A stretch of 64,000 nt of DNA, from NCBI GenBank assembly GCA_013239625.1, contig MU053873.1:198524-262523 (forward strand), in the 5' to 3' direction. Made by a program: the position numbers and the translations under genes. The number at the start of each line of letters is the position of its first letter. The first letter of the stretch is position 1. Of this stretch, positions 1-11,319 are shown piece after piece. A model generated the notes under the pieces. That model did no database searches, was not told the origin of the DNA, and worked only from the letters and a program-made list of their open reading frames with translations. This DNA comes from Lama guanicoe. Taxonomy: Eukaryota.

Positions 1-584
1 ACGTGTTTCTGTGGGCCTGTTTTGCTGTGTGGCTGGGACGGTTTTTCTGTGTCTGGGTGTGGGCACACATGTCTGCATTTTTTGTTTTCATTTTCACACA
101 TGTACCTGTGGGTACCCTCTTGTCCATTTTCCTTCCGTGGATCCACATCCCCTCAGGCCTCCCTGCCTCTCCCTGACGCCAGAAGGCCTGGCTCCCTGCA
201 GTTACCAGGGGAGCAGTGGAGTCTGCTGCCCTCCCCCACCAGCCCCACCTTTTTGCCTTCTGCCCTCTGCCCCTGGCCGCCTCAAACTTGGCCTCTCTGG
301 CCTCCCTCCTGGTTCTCTACACCCCTCAGCCCGGGCTCCCTGCAGTAACACACAGATCTACTCCAGCCCCCTCAACCCCAGTGCCCACCACAGCCCAGCA
401 CCCGAGGGCCCTGAGTCAGCCCACAGTGGTCCTCACTTGTGTGGCTGTCCCACGCTCCCCGCTGCTCTCCCCACCTAGGTCTGCCTCTCCTCTGGCCGCA
501 GAAGCATATTTTCCCCAGCACAACCCTAGTGTGTCTCCGCCCTCCCTCCTTTCCAGCCCCCTGCTCTGCCTAATCTAAAGTTGA

Positions 585-965
585 CCATTTTCAAGTGAAT
601 AGCTAACTCAGTGGCACTTAGTCACTCACAGTGTTGTACAACCATCATCTCTATTTGGTTCAAAAACATGTTTGTCACCCCAACAGGAAACCTCAGACCC
701 ATTAGTTGTCACTTCTTATCTCCCTCCCCAGCCCCTGGCAACCCCCAATCTGCAGTCTCTCTATGGATTTCCCTATTCTGGACACTTTATATAAGAGGAA
801 TGATCTAACATGTGACTTTTGGCATCTAGCTTCTTTCACTCAGCATAATGTTTTTCAGGTGCATCCAGGAGGGAGCATGTATCAGTACTTCATTCCTTTT
901 CGTGGCTGCATAATATTCCATTGTATGGCCATTTGGGTTGTTCCTACCTTTTGCCTGTTAAGCTC
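585..965 (-). mobile_element. Old L1 (L1M) 3' fragment
   Basis: Antisense L1 3' UTR motifs (gtgttgtacaaccatcatctcta, cagcccctggcaacc, cttctttcactcagcataatgtttttcagg). Confidence 0.75.
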
Positions 966-1950
966 TGCTGTCTTGACTGTGGGGATGCCCAGCAGTTGTG
1001 TTCAATGCCATCCTGTCCCCCTTCTGTTCCTTACATCTTGTGGACAGGGTGACCTGGCCCCAGCTGGTCACACCCCATCACCCATTGAATGGCCACAAGT
1101 CAGTCCTTGGACAGAGCAGGATTTGATGGCCTTTTCTCCCCTTGGAGCCATAGGCTGTTTCTTTTTTCATATCAAGATAAATGCTCAGCATTTCCTTGGT
1201 GTGTCCCCAAGAGCAAGAAGAGGAAGAAAGCAAGTCTTCCCAGCACCCATCCCAGGTCGTTTCCTCCAGGCTGGCAAGTGGCATCCCTTCAAGTGAGTCC
1301 TGCTTCTGTGTCCCAATTAGTAGACAGCCCCACAGGGACCCAGCCTGTTCCTCCGTCTTCCTCCAGCTGCCTTCTCTGTTGAGCAAAGCTTCTGAGCTTT
1401 TGCTGCAGCTGACGCCAAGAGCAGGCTTTGGCCCATCCTACTTCCTCCCTCCAGGTCCTCCGCCCTTCTGTCCCCGTTCTCATGCTTGTGCAGGACTAAG
1501 GATGCCCTGTAGCTAGTGCTGGGAAGCCAGCTTAACCAGCAGGAAAGGGGCTGTCATCAGGTCCTGTGTAGCTGGGGCCACCTGTGTGTTTGGCTCTGGC
1601 TTCAAGCAGGGCCCAGGGGCTCAGGGAAATCACTCGGCCTCCCGAGCTGCACCGGCCTTGTCCTCGCCCGCTCAGCAGGACCGCACCCCTGCCCCATGGG
1701 GTTGAGGAAGGTGGCTTTCCATACCAATAACATCCTGGCTCAGAAACCCCAGCCACGTGAGGGAAGCGTGTCTCCTGGGTCTGACATCAGTCCTGGGAAG
1801 GATTCTGATTGGGTCTTCTCAGGACGCAGGTGCATTGCTAGACCCTGAGGGCCCATGAGGCCAGGCCACAGGGGTCTCCTGGGGGAAGAAATGGGCAGCC
1901 TGACAAATGGGTCTTCCGGGCTCCTCCATGTGCTAGATTTTGGCCTGTGT

Positions 1951-2413
1951 TTTTTTTTTAGTATTTTTTTAATTTAATTAATTTAAAAATTTGCATTCCT
2001 TTTTATTGAAGTATAGTTAGTTTATAATGTTGCACCAATTTCTTGTGTACAGTACAATGTTTCAGTCATACATACACATACGTAAATTTCTTTTCATATT
2101 CTTTTTCATTATAGGTTACTGCAAGATATTAAATATAGTTCCCTGTGCTCTACAGTAGCAACTTGTTTATCTGTTTTATGTATAATAGTATCTGCAAATC
2201 TCGAACTCCTAATTTCTCTCTCCCACCCCCTCTCCCCCTCTGGTAACCATAAGTTTTTTCTCTATGTCTGAGAGTCTGTTTCTGTTTTGTAAATAAGTTC
2301 ACGTGTGTCTTTTTTTTTTTTTTTAGATTCTACATATCATGGTATTTTTCTTTCTCATTCTGACTTCCTTCACATAGAATGACGATCTCCAGGTCTATTT
2401 GTGTTCCTGCAAA
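1951..2413 (-). mobile_element. 5'-truncated L1 (cetartiodactyl type) with target-site duplication
   Basis: T-rich tail, ttttattgaagtatagtt, tatagttccctgtgct, ctggtaaccataagtt; flanked by the TTGGCCTGTGT direct repeat (1940-1950 / 2414-2424). Confidence 0.8.
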
Positions 2414-4860
2414 TTGGCCTGTGTGTTTATTCCCTGTTTACAGCCTAGATTTAAAAAGGCATTCATAGTAATTTCACTCACCTGTAAGCCTGTCCTTCTT
2501 GCTGATTTATTGCTCACACCTAGCCTGGTGCCCCCACATACAACATGTTACTTATTAAACAGGGCTTGAATGAGGGACTGAAAAGTTTTTTGCAAAGTGT
2601 AGGAGTGTCCCCTCCAGTGACATCTGGCCCCTTTCTGTGAAGCTACCAGGTGTGGCTTATGTGGAATTTGTTCTGAAGTGAATTCTTTAAAGGAAGCAGG
2701 AGAAATGCCCTGGCTTTTTCTTTTTCAGTTTGTTTTCCAGGAAAGTGTTGAAATCTGCAGTGAGTGAAAGAACAGATTTTGGATTCATTTTAGAAAAATC
2801 ATCATAAAGGAAAAAGTCAGCGTCTTTAGAATTGAAGCTTCCTAAAAAAAGATCACATGCCTTGGTTTATTGTAAGTGATGTGATTTGATTTCCTTGGGG
2901 AGGGGCGCCCAGGAGAGGGTAGGGCCTGCACTTTAGAGGCCTGGCTGCAGGTGCACTAGATGTGGGATGGGGGCGTGCAGGGTCCTGCAGCCTTGGGCTT
3001 CCACAGATGGCTGTGTCTATATGGCCATGTGTCCATCTGTTTACTAGGGATTAGTTGAGCACCTACTACGTTCCCGGGTCTGCTGTGCTCTGAAGACAGG
3101 CAATGGGGAGCCACAACCACAGTGCACACCTTCTTGGAATTTACTGTCTGGCTGGGGAGACAACCCCACAGTTGTAAAAGTTTGCGACTCTGAAGAATGG
3201 TACAAAGAGGGGTACATCGTCCTCTGGGAGGACAAACCTGGAGGAAAGTCAGGGAGGGCTTCCCTGCAGAGGTGAGGCTCGGACTGAACCTTGATATCTG
3301 GATGGTAGTTCAGTAGGTGGACTGAAGTGGATCTGGCATGGGCAAAGGTCCTAGGGTGAGAGCTTGGCTCCTCTGAGGGACTGAGGAAGGTCAGAGAAAG
3401 CAGCATGCTAGAGAGCTGTTGGATGAGGCTGAGGAGGTGGGCAGGGCCTGGTAGCTGTGGTAATAATGACTTTGGCCTTGACCAAATGGCAACAGGAAGC
3501 CAGGGGAGTGTTTTAAGCAAGACGTTGGGACCAGGCTGTGCTGTGCAAGGCCCTCTAGAGACGTTGCAGTGGCTGCAGAGCTGTCTTGTGGGTGGCTCAG
3601 TTTCCCCCTCCCTCCCTGCCCTGCTCCCTCTCTGTTCGACTTCCAGCCATGCCTGCCATTCTTAAACGGGGCCCAGGAGGTCCTGTCTGCACATCAGCCC
3701 ATGAGTTCTCTGGACGTGGAATCTGTAGTATCTCTTTTCTGCATTTCTGCCAGTGAGACCAGAGTTGTCTTTTCCAGACCCGCAGAAATGCTGACCTCCT
3801 CCCCTAAGCCCTCCCAGTGGCGCCCTCACCCCGGGCAGCCGCCCCCGCGGGATTTAACCTCCCGTCTCCCCTCTGGTTTCATCTACTGGGTGGGGAAAAT
3901 GACTTCTGCCTCATTAGGTGGTTTTGCGGATGCAGGGATCCAGCCCCTGTGAACAGCTCAGAAGCGGGCCGGGAGCAGAGAAGAGCTGCAGAAATGTGCC
4001 CGATTCTGCCCACCGGGCTGACAGCATGTGCCTGGGGCACCAAAACTTTTTCGGCAAGAATATGATGTTTCAAAATAGGCGTTGGAATGTTGTCATCACG
4101 AGAAAAGTCAGGGCTCCCCTGGATTTCCTGATGCTATTGAATGTTTAGGTTTGCTTTTCTTCATGTGACATCTCAGTGCTTAGAGCTGCCAGGGGACCCG
4201 TCATCTGGCCTGTCCCCGCATCTCACAGAGGGGACCCTGGGCTCAGAGAGGGCGGCCCCGGGGGCGGGGGTCATCCACATCCCCGTCTGCTGGTCAGAGT
4301 AGACCAATCAGCCCCCACCGGCCTTCCCCTTGACCTGAGGGTCCCTGCTTGGGGGGCCTGGTCTGGGGCCTACAGCTGGTGTGGGGCAGACGGTAAGAGG
4401 CTCCTGCACAGACGTGAGTTTCTTTCCATCTCTGCACTTCCCTGAATAGGTGTTCCGGCCCCTGGATGGGGGATCAGTTGCCCAATTTGGAGGAGCCACT
4501 GGGTGCAAGGGGGCATGACGTCCCAGCCCTGGGGACACACCAGGCCCGGGAAGGACGCTGCTGTAGGTCTTGAGTCACAGGATCCCCCCGTCGAGGGTGA
4601 CCTCGCTGACCTTATGGGGGCCCTGGTAGCTCCTTGCTCACCCCGGGTTTATGTAACATGGTGTTTCCCAACTGTCCTCAGAGCCACCCTGTGACATAAG
4701 CAGACGTGCACCGCCGTCTGCTGCAGTGGCCGGAGCTGGCCAGCATCATCCACTGCATTACGCTGACCATCCTGGAAGGTGGTGTTTGCCACTGTGTTTT
4801 TAAAAATTGAGATACTGTTCACAAACCATCAAATGCATTAAAGTGGAGTGTTCAGTAGTT

Positions 4861-4957
4861 TTTAATTTAATTTAATTTTAAAAATTAAGTAATTTTAATG
4901 GAGGCACTGAGGATTGATCCCAGGACCTCATACATTCTAAGCATGTGCCCTACCACG
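4861..4957 (-). mobile_element. tRNA-derived SINE (vic-1-like), degenerate
   Basis: Antisense of GTGGTAGGGCACATGCTTAGAATGTATGAGGTCCTGGGATCAATCCTCAGTGCCTCC plus an A-rich tail. Confidence 0.7.
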
Positions 4958-5060
4958 CGTAGCATGTTTTTTAGTGCACTCACAAGATTGTGCAGCCATC
5001 TAATTCAAAAACAGTTTCATCTCCCCCAAGCTCTATACCTGTAAGTTCTCCCCACTCATC

Positions 5061-5193
5061 NNNNNNNNNNNNNNNNNNNNNNNNNNNNNNNNNNNNNNNN
5101 NNNNNNNNNNNNNNNNNNNNNNNNNNNNNNNNNNNNNNNNNNNNNNNNNNNNNNNNNNNNNNNNNNNNNNNNNNNNNNNNNNNNNNNNNNNNN
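5061..5193. other. Assembly gap (133 N)
   Basis: N run. Confidence 1.
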
Positions 5194-5614
5194 TGGGGTT
5201 CGTCCAAATTGCAGCGCGTATCAGGACCGCATTCCTTTTTATGGCTGAGTAATAATCTACTGTATGAATAGACCACATGTTTTAACCCATTACCTGTTGA
5301 TGGACATTTGGGTTGCGTCTATGTTTTGGCTGTTGTGAATAAATGCTGCTGTGAACATTTGCATGCAAGCTTTTGTGTGAATATGTTTTCAGTTCTCTTG
5401 GACCTATACCTGGGAATGGAATCGTTGGTTGTATGACCTTTCTATATTCACCGTTTAAGGAACAGACATACTTTTTTTCAAAGTGGCTGCACCATTTTAC
5501 ATTCCCACCAGCAGTATATAAGGCTTCCAATTTCTCCACGTGCTCTCCAACACTTGTTATTGTCTGTCTTTGATTATAGCCACCCTGGTGGGTATAAAGT
5601 GGGATCTCATAGTT

Positions 5615-5716
5615 TTAGTTTTTGTTTTTGTTTTTAAGTGGCAGTACTGGGTATTGAACCCAGGACCTCGTGCATGCTAAGCACACGCTTTACCACTGAG
5701 CGCTAACCCCCGACCC
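5615..5716 (-). mobile_element. tRNA-derived SINE (vic-1-like)
   Basis: A box (GCTCAGTGG) and B box (GGTTCAATAC) on the minus strand, A-rich tail, imperfect TSD tctcatagtt/tctcctagtt. Confidence 0.8.
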
Positions 5717-6435
5717 TGTCTCCTAGTTGGCTAATGAGATGGATCATCTTTTCATGTCCTTATTGGCCCTTTGTGTCTGGTTTGGAGAACTGTATATTCA
5801 CATCAATTGCCCATTTGAAAGTGGATTGTTGGTCTATTAATTGTTAAGTCGTGGCTCTGTGGTCTACAGAGGGGAAACTGAGGCTCAGAAAGGGGGTGTG
5901 GCTGGGCCAAGAACACTGGGCCCTCAAGCAGACTGAGACCAGAACCTGGTCTCCCCTCTCACTCTGCAGGTCTCTCCACCTGGTCCAGTGGCCTCCAGCC
6001 TCTGGTGCTGACCTGCCCCTTGGGCTGCACCAAATCCTGCCCTTGAGTTGAAAGGGGGAGGGCTCCCCAGCCAGAGGGTGGGCCAGAAAGACGAGGAAGC
6101 AGTAGTTCTGAGGAACCAAGCTGGCCCTCTCTTCCCCTCTGGATCACGCGGACCTGGCTGACGTGGCCCAGCTAGAGGGGACAGCCTGGGCGCTGTGGTC
6201 AGGAGCCTATTTATACTGGCTGGGCCGTGTTGCAAGCTCTTCCTGCTGGCGAGAGGGACGTCACTGGGTGCTGACCTCACCAGAAACGCTGACGCATCTT
6301 TGCTCGGATGGGCTGTCGGGCCTCCTCACCTGTTGGGCCACTCCATGTCCTCCTGCGCATCACCCAGCTCCGGATTGTCCCCTAGTGACCCCACTCCCTG
6401 CAGCCCTTGACCATGCCCTCCCTCCTCTTGCAAGC

Positions 6436-6805
6436 GGTTATGGGCTGAATTGTGTCCCTTGAATTCATATGTTGAAGTCACCAACCCCTGCCCCTCAGAA
6501 TGTGACTGTATTTGGAGATAGAGCCTTGAAAGGGGTGATTAAGGTAAAATGAGGCCATTGGGTGGGCCCCGGTCCAATGTAACTGGTGTCCTTATAAGAA
6601 GAGGAGATTAGGACACAGATGCACACAGAGGAATGACCGTGTGAGGAGACAGCGAGAAGGCGGCCATCTATCAGCCAAGGAGAGAGGCCTCGGGATGAAA
6701 CCAACCCTGCCAACACCTTGTTATCAACTTCTGCTCCAGAACAGTGAGAAAACACCTGTCATTTAAGCCCCCAGGTCTGTGGTATTTGGTTATGGCAGCC
6801 CACGT
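6436..6805 (+). mobile_element. MLT1 (ERVL-MaLR) solo LTR
   Basis: tatgggctgaattgtgtccc...gtgactgtatttggagatag...gtccttataagaagagg...gtggtatttggttatggcagcc. Confidence 0.85.
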
Positions 6806-8094
6806 TTAAAGCCACATGCTCAGAGTGAGGTCTTTCAGATTTGACAGCCCTTGTTTGATGCCCTGGCTCCTCTTAAATGTTCCTAAGAAGGGCAACCTCT
6901 GGGAAGACAACCTTAATGTCTCTGGGCCTTGGAGGCCTCTTTAAACCAAGGAGACCATGAGGCCTCCCTGGACCGTGGGGTGAAAGCACAGGGCTGTCCC
7001 CCAAGTGAGGAGGGGAGCTCCTGAGAGGGGTGCAAAGCTCTCAGCCAGACCGGACTCTCCTGCCAGGAGCCCGGCTCCGAGCTTCTCTGAGCTTCTGTCT
7101 CCTCGTCAAAGGAGCCGAGGCATCCCTGCACGGCCGCTCTTCCTCCTGGGAGTGTAGCTAGATGAGATCAGGGATGTGAAATGAAGAAGGATCCCAGCCT
7201 GGCCCAGACTCCAGGAAGCAGCCTTGCGGGGGTGGGCACCGAGATGAGGAATTGAGCGGAAGCGACATTCTCAGCAGGAAAATCCAGAACTGGGCCCCAA
7301 GGGTGGCGCTGGTGCTGTGATCACAATGCTGGTTGCCAGGATCACAATGCTGGTGGAGGGTGGGGGGTGGTGAGGAGAAGCCTCCTGGGCATGGTGGTGC
7401 CTCTGGTTTGCCCACTGCTAGATCCTCAGCACCTGGGAGTGGCTGGCAAAGAGCGGGGCCAAATAAGTTTGTTGATCGAATACATGAGTGATGTGGACAC
7501 AGCAGAGGGGAGATGGGGTGGGAAGGCCTTGGTGGTGATGATGGATGCTGGGGTGGGGATGGACGGGAGCGGGGCTGGCGTCCTCCTTCTGGCTGCATCG
7601 GCTTTACTCGTCGAGCCTCCACAGGGCCAGAGCAGCTCAGGCACCCCCCAGCAGCCTCCAGGGGCCCCACTCTGCCTCCTCAGCCTTTGACACCCCGAGC
7701 TCCTCTGGATGCAGGCCAAGGACCCTTGTCCAGGTTTCAGGGGGTGTGCTGGGGCTGCCAGGCCCAGCATGCAGGCCTCCACCTCCTCATCCACCCTCTC
7801 CTGAGCCTCAGTTTATCCTACAGAAAGCAGCAGGTTGGCTGGGGAGGCGCTGTCTCCAGGGCCCCTTCATTCTGATGTCTGTGAGCAGCAGAGGACCGAC
7901 CGAAGATCACTATCTTTCAGAGAAAGTGAAACCTGGTCCCCAACCGTCACCGCGGCAACTCCCCCTCTCTGGCTTCCCCTCTGAGCTCACAGCTTCCCCA
8001 TCTCCTCTGCCTCCCACCCCGCCCCCCGACAGTACGTGGAATCAGACTTTCATCTTTGCTTTTTCCTTCAAAGGCTCCTGCCTTTTATGTCCAT

Positions 8095-8215
8095 GACGGC
8101 AGCAGCCCTGTGAGGTGTCCGAGAAACGCTTTTCAAATCCTCATTTTACAGGTGGGGGCCTCTGAAGTCCAGAGAGGTTAAGCGACTTGCTTTGGGTCAC
8201 ACAGCATGTCAGTGG
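8095..8215. mobile_element. MIR SINE
   Basis: cctcattttacagg...cagagaggttaagcgacttgct...ggtcacacagc. Confidence 0.7.
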
Positions 8216-8417
8216 GCTTGACCCCTGGTCTCCTGTTTCTCTTGCCCCAAGTGCTTGGTTCTCCTTAGAGGATCCTGTCTGTAGAGAGAGGGCCTGGCTG
8301 TGGGCGATGGGCCTGGGATGGAGAAGGCTGGTTGTGTGAAGGCTGCCTCATGAGGAAAAAAGATGGCTGGGAGCCCTGATGGGGGATGCAGGTCCTGGGG
8401 CCAGACCACAATCTCGG

Positions 8418-8549
8418 NNNNNNNNNNNNNNNNNNNNNNNNNNNNNNNNNNNNNNNNNNNNNNNNNNNNNNNNNNNNNNNNNNNNNNNNNNNNNNNNNNN
8501 NNNNNNNNNNNNNNNNNNNNNNNNNNNNNNNNNNNNNNNNNNNNNNNNN
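8418..8549. other. Assembly gap (132 N) in the OSM upstream region
   Basis: N run. Confidence 1.
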
Positions 8550-8733
8550 CAGTGGCCTGTGAGGCCAATGACTCCTGGGCCAGGCCGGGGCAGCAGGACC
8601 TCTGGGGGCCCAGCTGGTGGGCTCTCCCCTCCATCCCTGCACAGCCCCCTGCAGCAGGCACGGACCCCTTGCTCCCTGCTCGCCCAGGAAGGCTGAGGCT
8701 GCGGTTTGCATCATCCTTGGGCGTAGGGCTGAC

Positions 8734-8913
8734 CTCGAAGAACGAATTCGAAGAAAAGAGGAGGAGGAGCAGGCATGCCACCGCAACCCGCGCCCATTGG
8801 CCGCCTGTGGAAACTTTGGTTTTTGGGGTCATGTTCCCAGAAGCCCTGCCCTCCCCCCACCCCCTCCCCACCCACCTCACGAGGTGTTGGCCAATCGCCC
8901 TGGCGGGCATAAA
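8734..8913 (+). promoter_or_regulatory. OSM proximal promoter: GAS/STAT5 sites, G/C box, CCAAT, TATA-like CATAAA
   Basis: TTCGAAGAA 8747-8755, TTCCCAGAA 8834-8842, C-rich box ~8848-8875, CCAAT 8891-8895, CATAAA 8908-8913. OSM is a known STAT5-inducible gene. Confidence 0.8.
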
Positions 8914-8990
8914 GTGGCTGCCAGCCCGCAGGGCTCCCAGCCGGGAGGTGTCACCCCCAGCAGGCGCGGGCCCGAGCTCGGTCAGCCAGC

Positions 8991-9024
8991 ATGCGGCCAC
9001 AGCTTGTGCAGAGGACCCTGCTCA
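8991..9024 (+). CDS. OSM: OSM coding exon 1 (signal peptide start, phase 1)
   Basis: cagcATGCGG...CTGCTCA|gtaagt; encodes MRPQLVQRTLL(S). Confidence 0.95.
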
Positions 9025-11272
9025 GTAAGTACTTCCTTCCTTCCCGCCAGCACCTGCTTGCCGTGCTCACAGGCACCAATGGGGAGCAGGGCCGCCCTCT
9101 GTCCTCTGGGAACTGGGGAGGCCAGGCACTAGGCAGAAGGATGCTGAGCCGGGGAGAGAGCCAGGGGGTCAGGCAAAGACAGGGGTCCACTGAGAACACA
9201 GCATCTTCACAGAGTGGAGAAGGGTATCCCTGGTGGGTTTCCAGGGTGAGGTGATGAAGGGTCCACTCTGGGAGCAAGGGAGTGAGGGAAGGGGATCCGC
9301 TTGGGGAGAAGCCAGGGAAGCAGGAAAGGGGTAGGAGATGTGCTGGGGCAGAGGAGGAAGCCACAGAAGTTGAGTGGGAACATGGTGTGATGTCTGGAGG
9401 GGTTGCGGGACCTCCTTCTTGCCCTGATTCGCTGGCTCTGGGATGGTTGGACGCAGTCAGCTGGGCCCGGGGGTTCTGGAGCCCACACAATCACACAGCA
9501 CACATAGCCACACCCACAGGGTGACATGCACACAGAGCCACGTGATGTCATCGGGAGCCCTCAATCTCACCAATCTGGGAACCCCCACGTGCAGCCCGGG
9601 GCCCCTGTGGTGGATGGGACACAACGGCTGTGTGTAGCCAGCTCTTCCCTCGAGCCTCACACAGCCCCAGACGCACATCCCTGCAGGCACCCCAGTCCCA
9701 CATGCGCTGTGCTCACCCCCGCCGTGCCCAAACCCAGCAGCTGGTACCTGGGGAGGCAAAGAGGGGTGCTTTGTGGTTACCGTGCTTGGGCGCCCAGCTC
9801 CACGGCTTCCCCAGCAGTGTCTTCCCCAAGGGGCCATGGCTCTTAGGAAGGGAACATGGTGTCACTGCCTTCCGGGCCATTGCGCCACAGGCCCTTCCGA
9901 CCACGTGGCTGCCGGTGCCCGGTGGGTGAGTGGTGGGGGGAGGCGGCAAGTGGTGACTGCGCCTGACCCCCAGAAGGGTCAGACTCACAGCATCTCTGGT
10001 GGGCCTGACAGAAGTGGCCACTCATGTGGAGAGGAGAGAGGCGTGAGAAGTCGGGGGACAGGCCAGCCTTAGGTGACCTGAGCAAGCCCTCCTCCTTTGG
10101 TGCCTTGGTTTTCCTGTCAATAAAATGGGGCATAGACTTGATGCCACACACATCCTTTCCAGATGGAACCTCTGGGTGGAAAGGCAGCCTCCCTTGTTTC
10201 TGCAAACATAGCTCAGGGCACAAGGCTGCTCCTGGGCTGCAAAGCTCTCCAGAGCCCACCTGCACAGGCGGCCCAGGGGCCTGCAGCAATGGCCACCCCT
10301 TAGCCCAGAGGTCTGGAGGGGAGCAGCCCCAGCTGGGCTGCCCTGTGGTCGACAGGCTTGGCTCCAGCCGGACCCCACCACCTCTTCTCAAAGGCCTGCT
10401 CGGTGAATTGCCGCTGCTGGGTCGGGTGCTGGGCACTGACTCACTGGAAAGGTGGTGGTGGCCCCGGGAGGTGCTCCCAGGCAGGCCCACCGGGCACCAC
10501 GACCTGCATCCTCTGAGGCCCTCTTGAGCACCCTCCCCTCCGAAAGCCACCCACCTGTGGCTTCCTCACCAAATCAAGTGACATGTCCCCTCTCTGCCCC
10601 AGGTCTGGTCCTCGGACTCCTGTTCCTGAGCACGGCAGCCACTGGCAAGTGCTCAGGCAAGTACCATGAGCTCCTCCAGCAGCTCCAGAATCAGGCGGAC
10701 CTCATGCAGGACACCAGCACACTCCTGGACCCCTACGTGAGTGCTCAGGCCCCTGAGTCTCAGAGAACTGCGGGGTTAGGGCAGGAGGGAGCCCGGGAGA
10801 AAACCAGGCCCATCCCCCACTCAATATGGGGCTGGTGGGGAAACCAAGTCCCCATGTTACTTTAGGACCATGTTGAACGTTCCAGGCCTGAACCTGAGAT
10901 GCCTGGGAGACAAGGCAGCTTCCCCAGCTCAGTGGGCCTGGAATGTGACCCCCCAACTCCATCACATCATTTATCCCTTTGCCCAGTGTGCTCATTGCAC
11001 ACCTACCATGCGCCTTGTTCTAGGCACCAGGACGTAGTGGTGAACAAAACAGCCCTGCCCTCCTGAGTTCCCGTCACCTCCCCACCGAAATGCCCCATGC
11101 CACAACCACCGCCTGTGTGGTCACCCCCTCCAACCCCCAGTATCCCTCCGACCCTGCCTGCCATGACCCAGGAGTCCTCTCCCTTCTGGGGCCTCAGTTT
11201 CTGGCTCTGGACAATGGGAGGATTGGATAGGGAATGCATGAGGTCAAGCGTTTCAAGGCTGACTGGAGCGGA

Positions 11273-11319
<47 letters not shown>

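Larger units (their letters stand above)
4795..5845 (-). mobile_element. L1M fragment interrupted by two SINEs and an N gap
   Basis: gatggacatttgggttg, gctgctgtgaacatt, gtggctgcaccattttacattcccaccagcagt. Confidence 0.8.

Noticed and set aside
5638-5712. tRNA-like sequence on the minus strand
   Set aside because: It has an A-rich tail, a TSD and diverged sister copies, so it is a SINE and not a tRNA gene.
9830-9932. Possible alternative OSM first exon ending at GG|gtgagt (9926), with three CACGTG boxes in intron 1
   Set aside because: The donor is plausible, but the sequence alone gives no TSS evidence, so it is not called.
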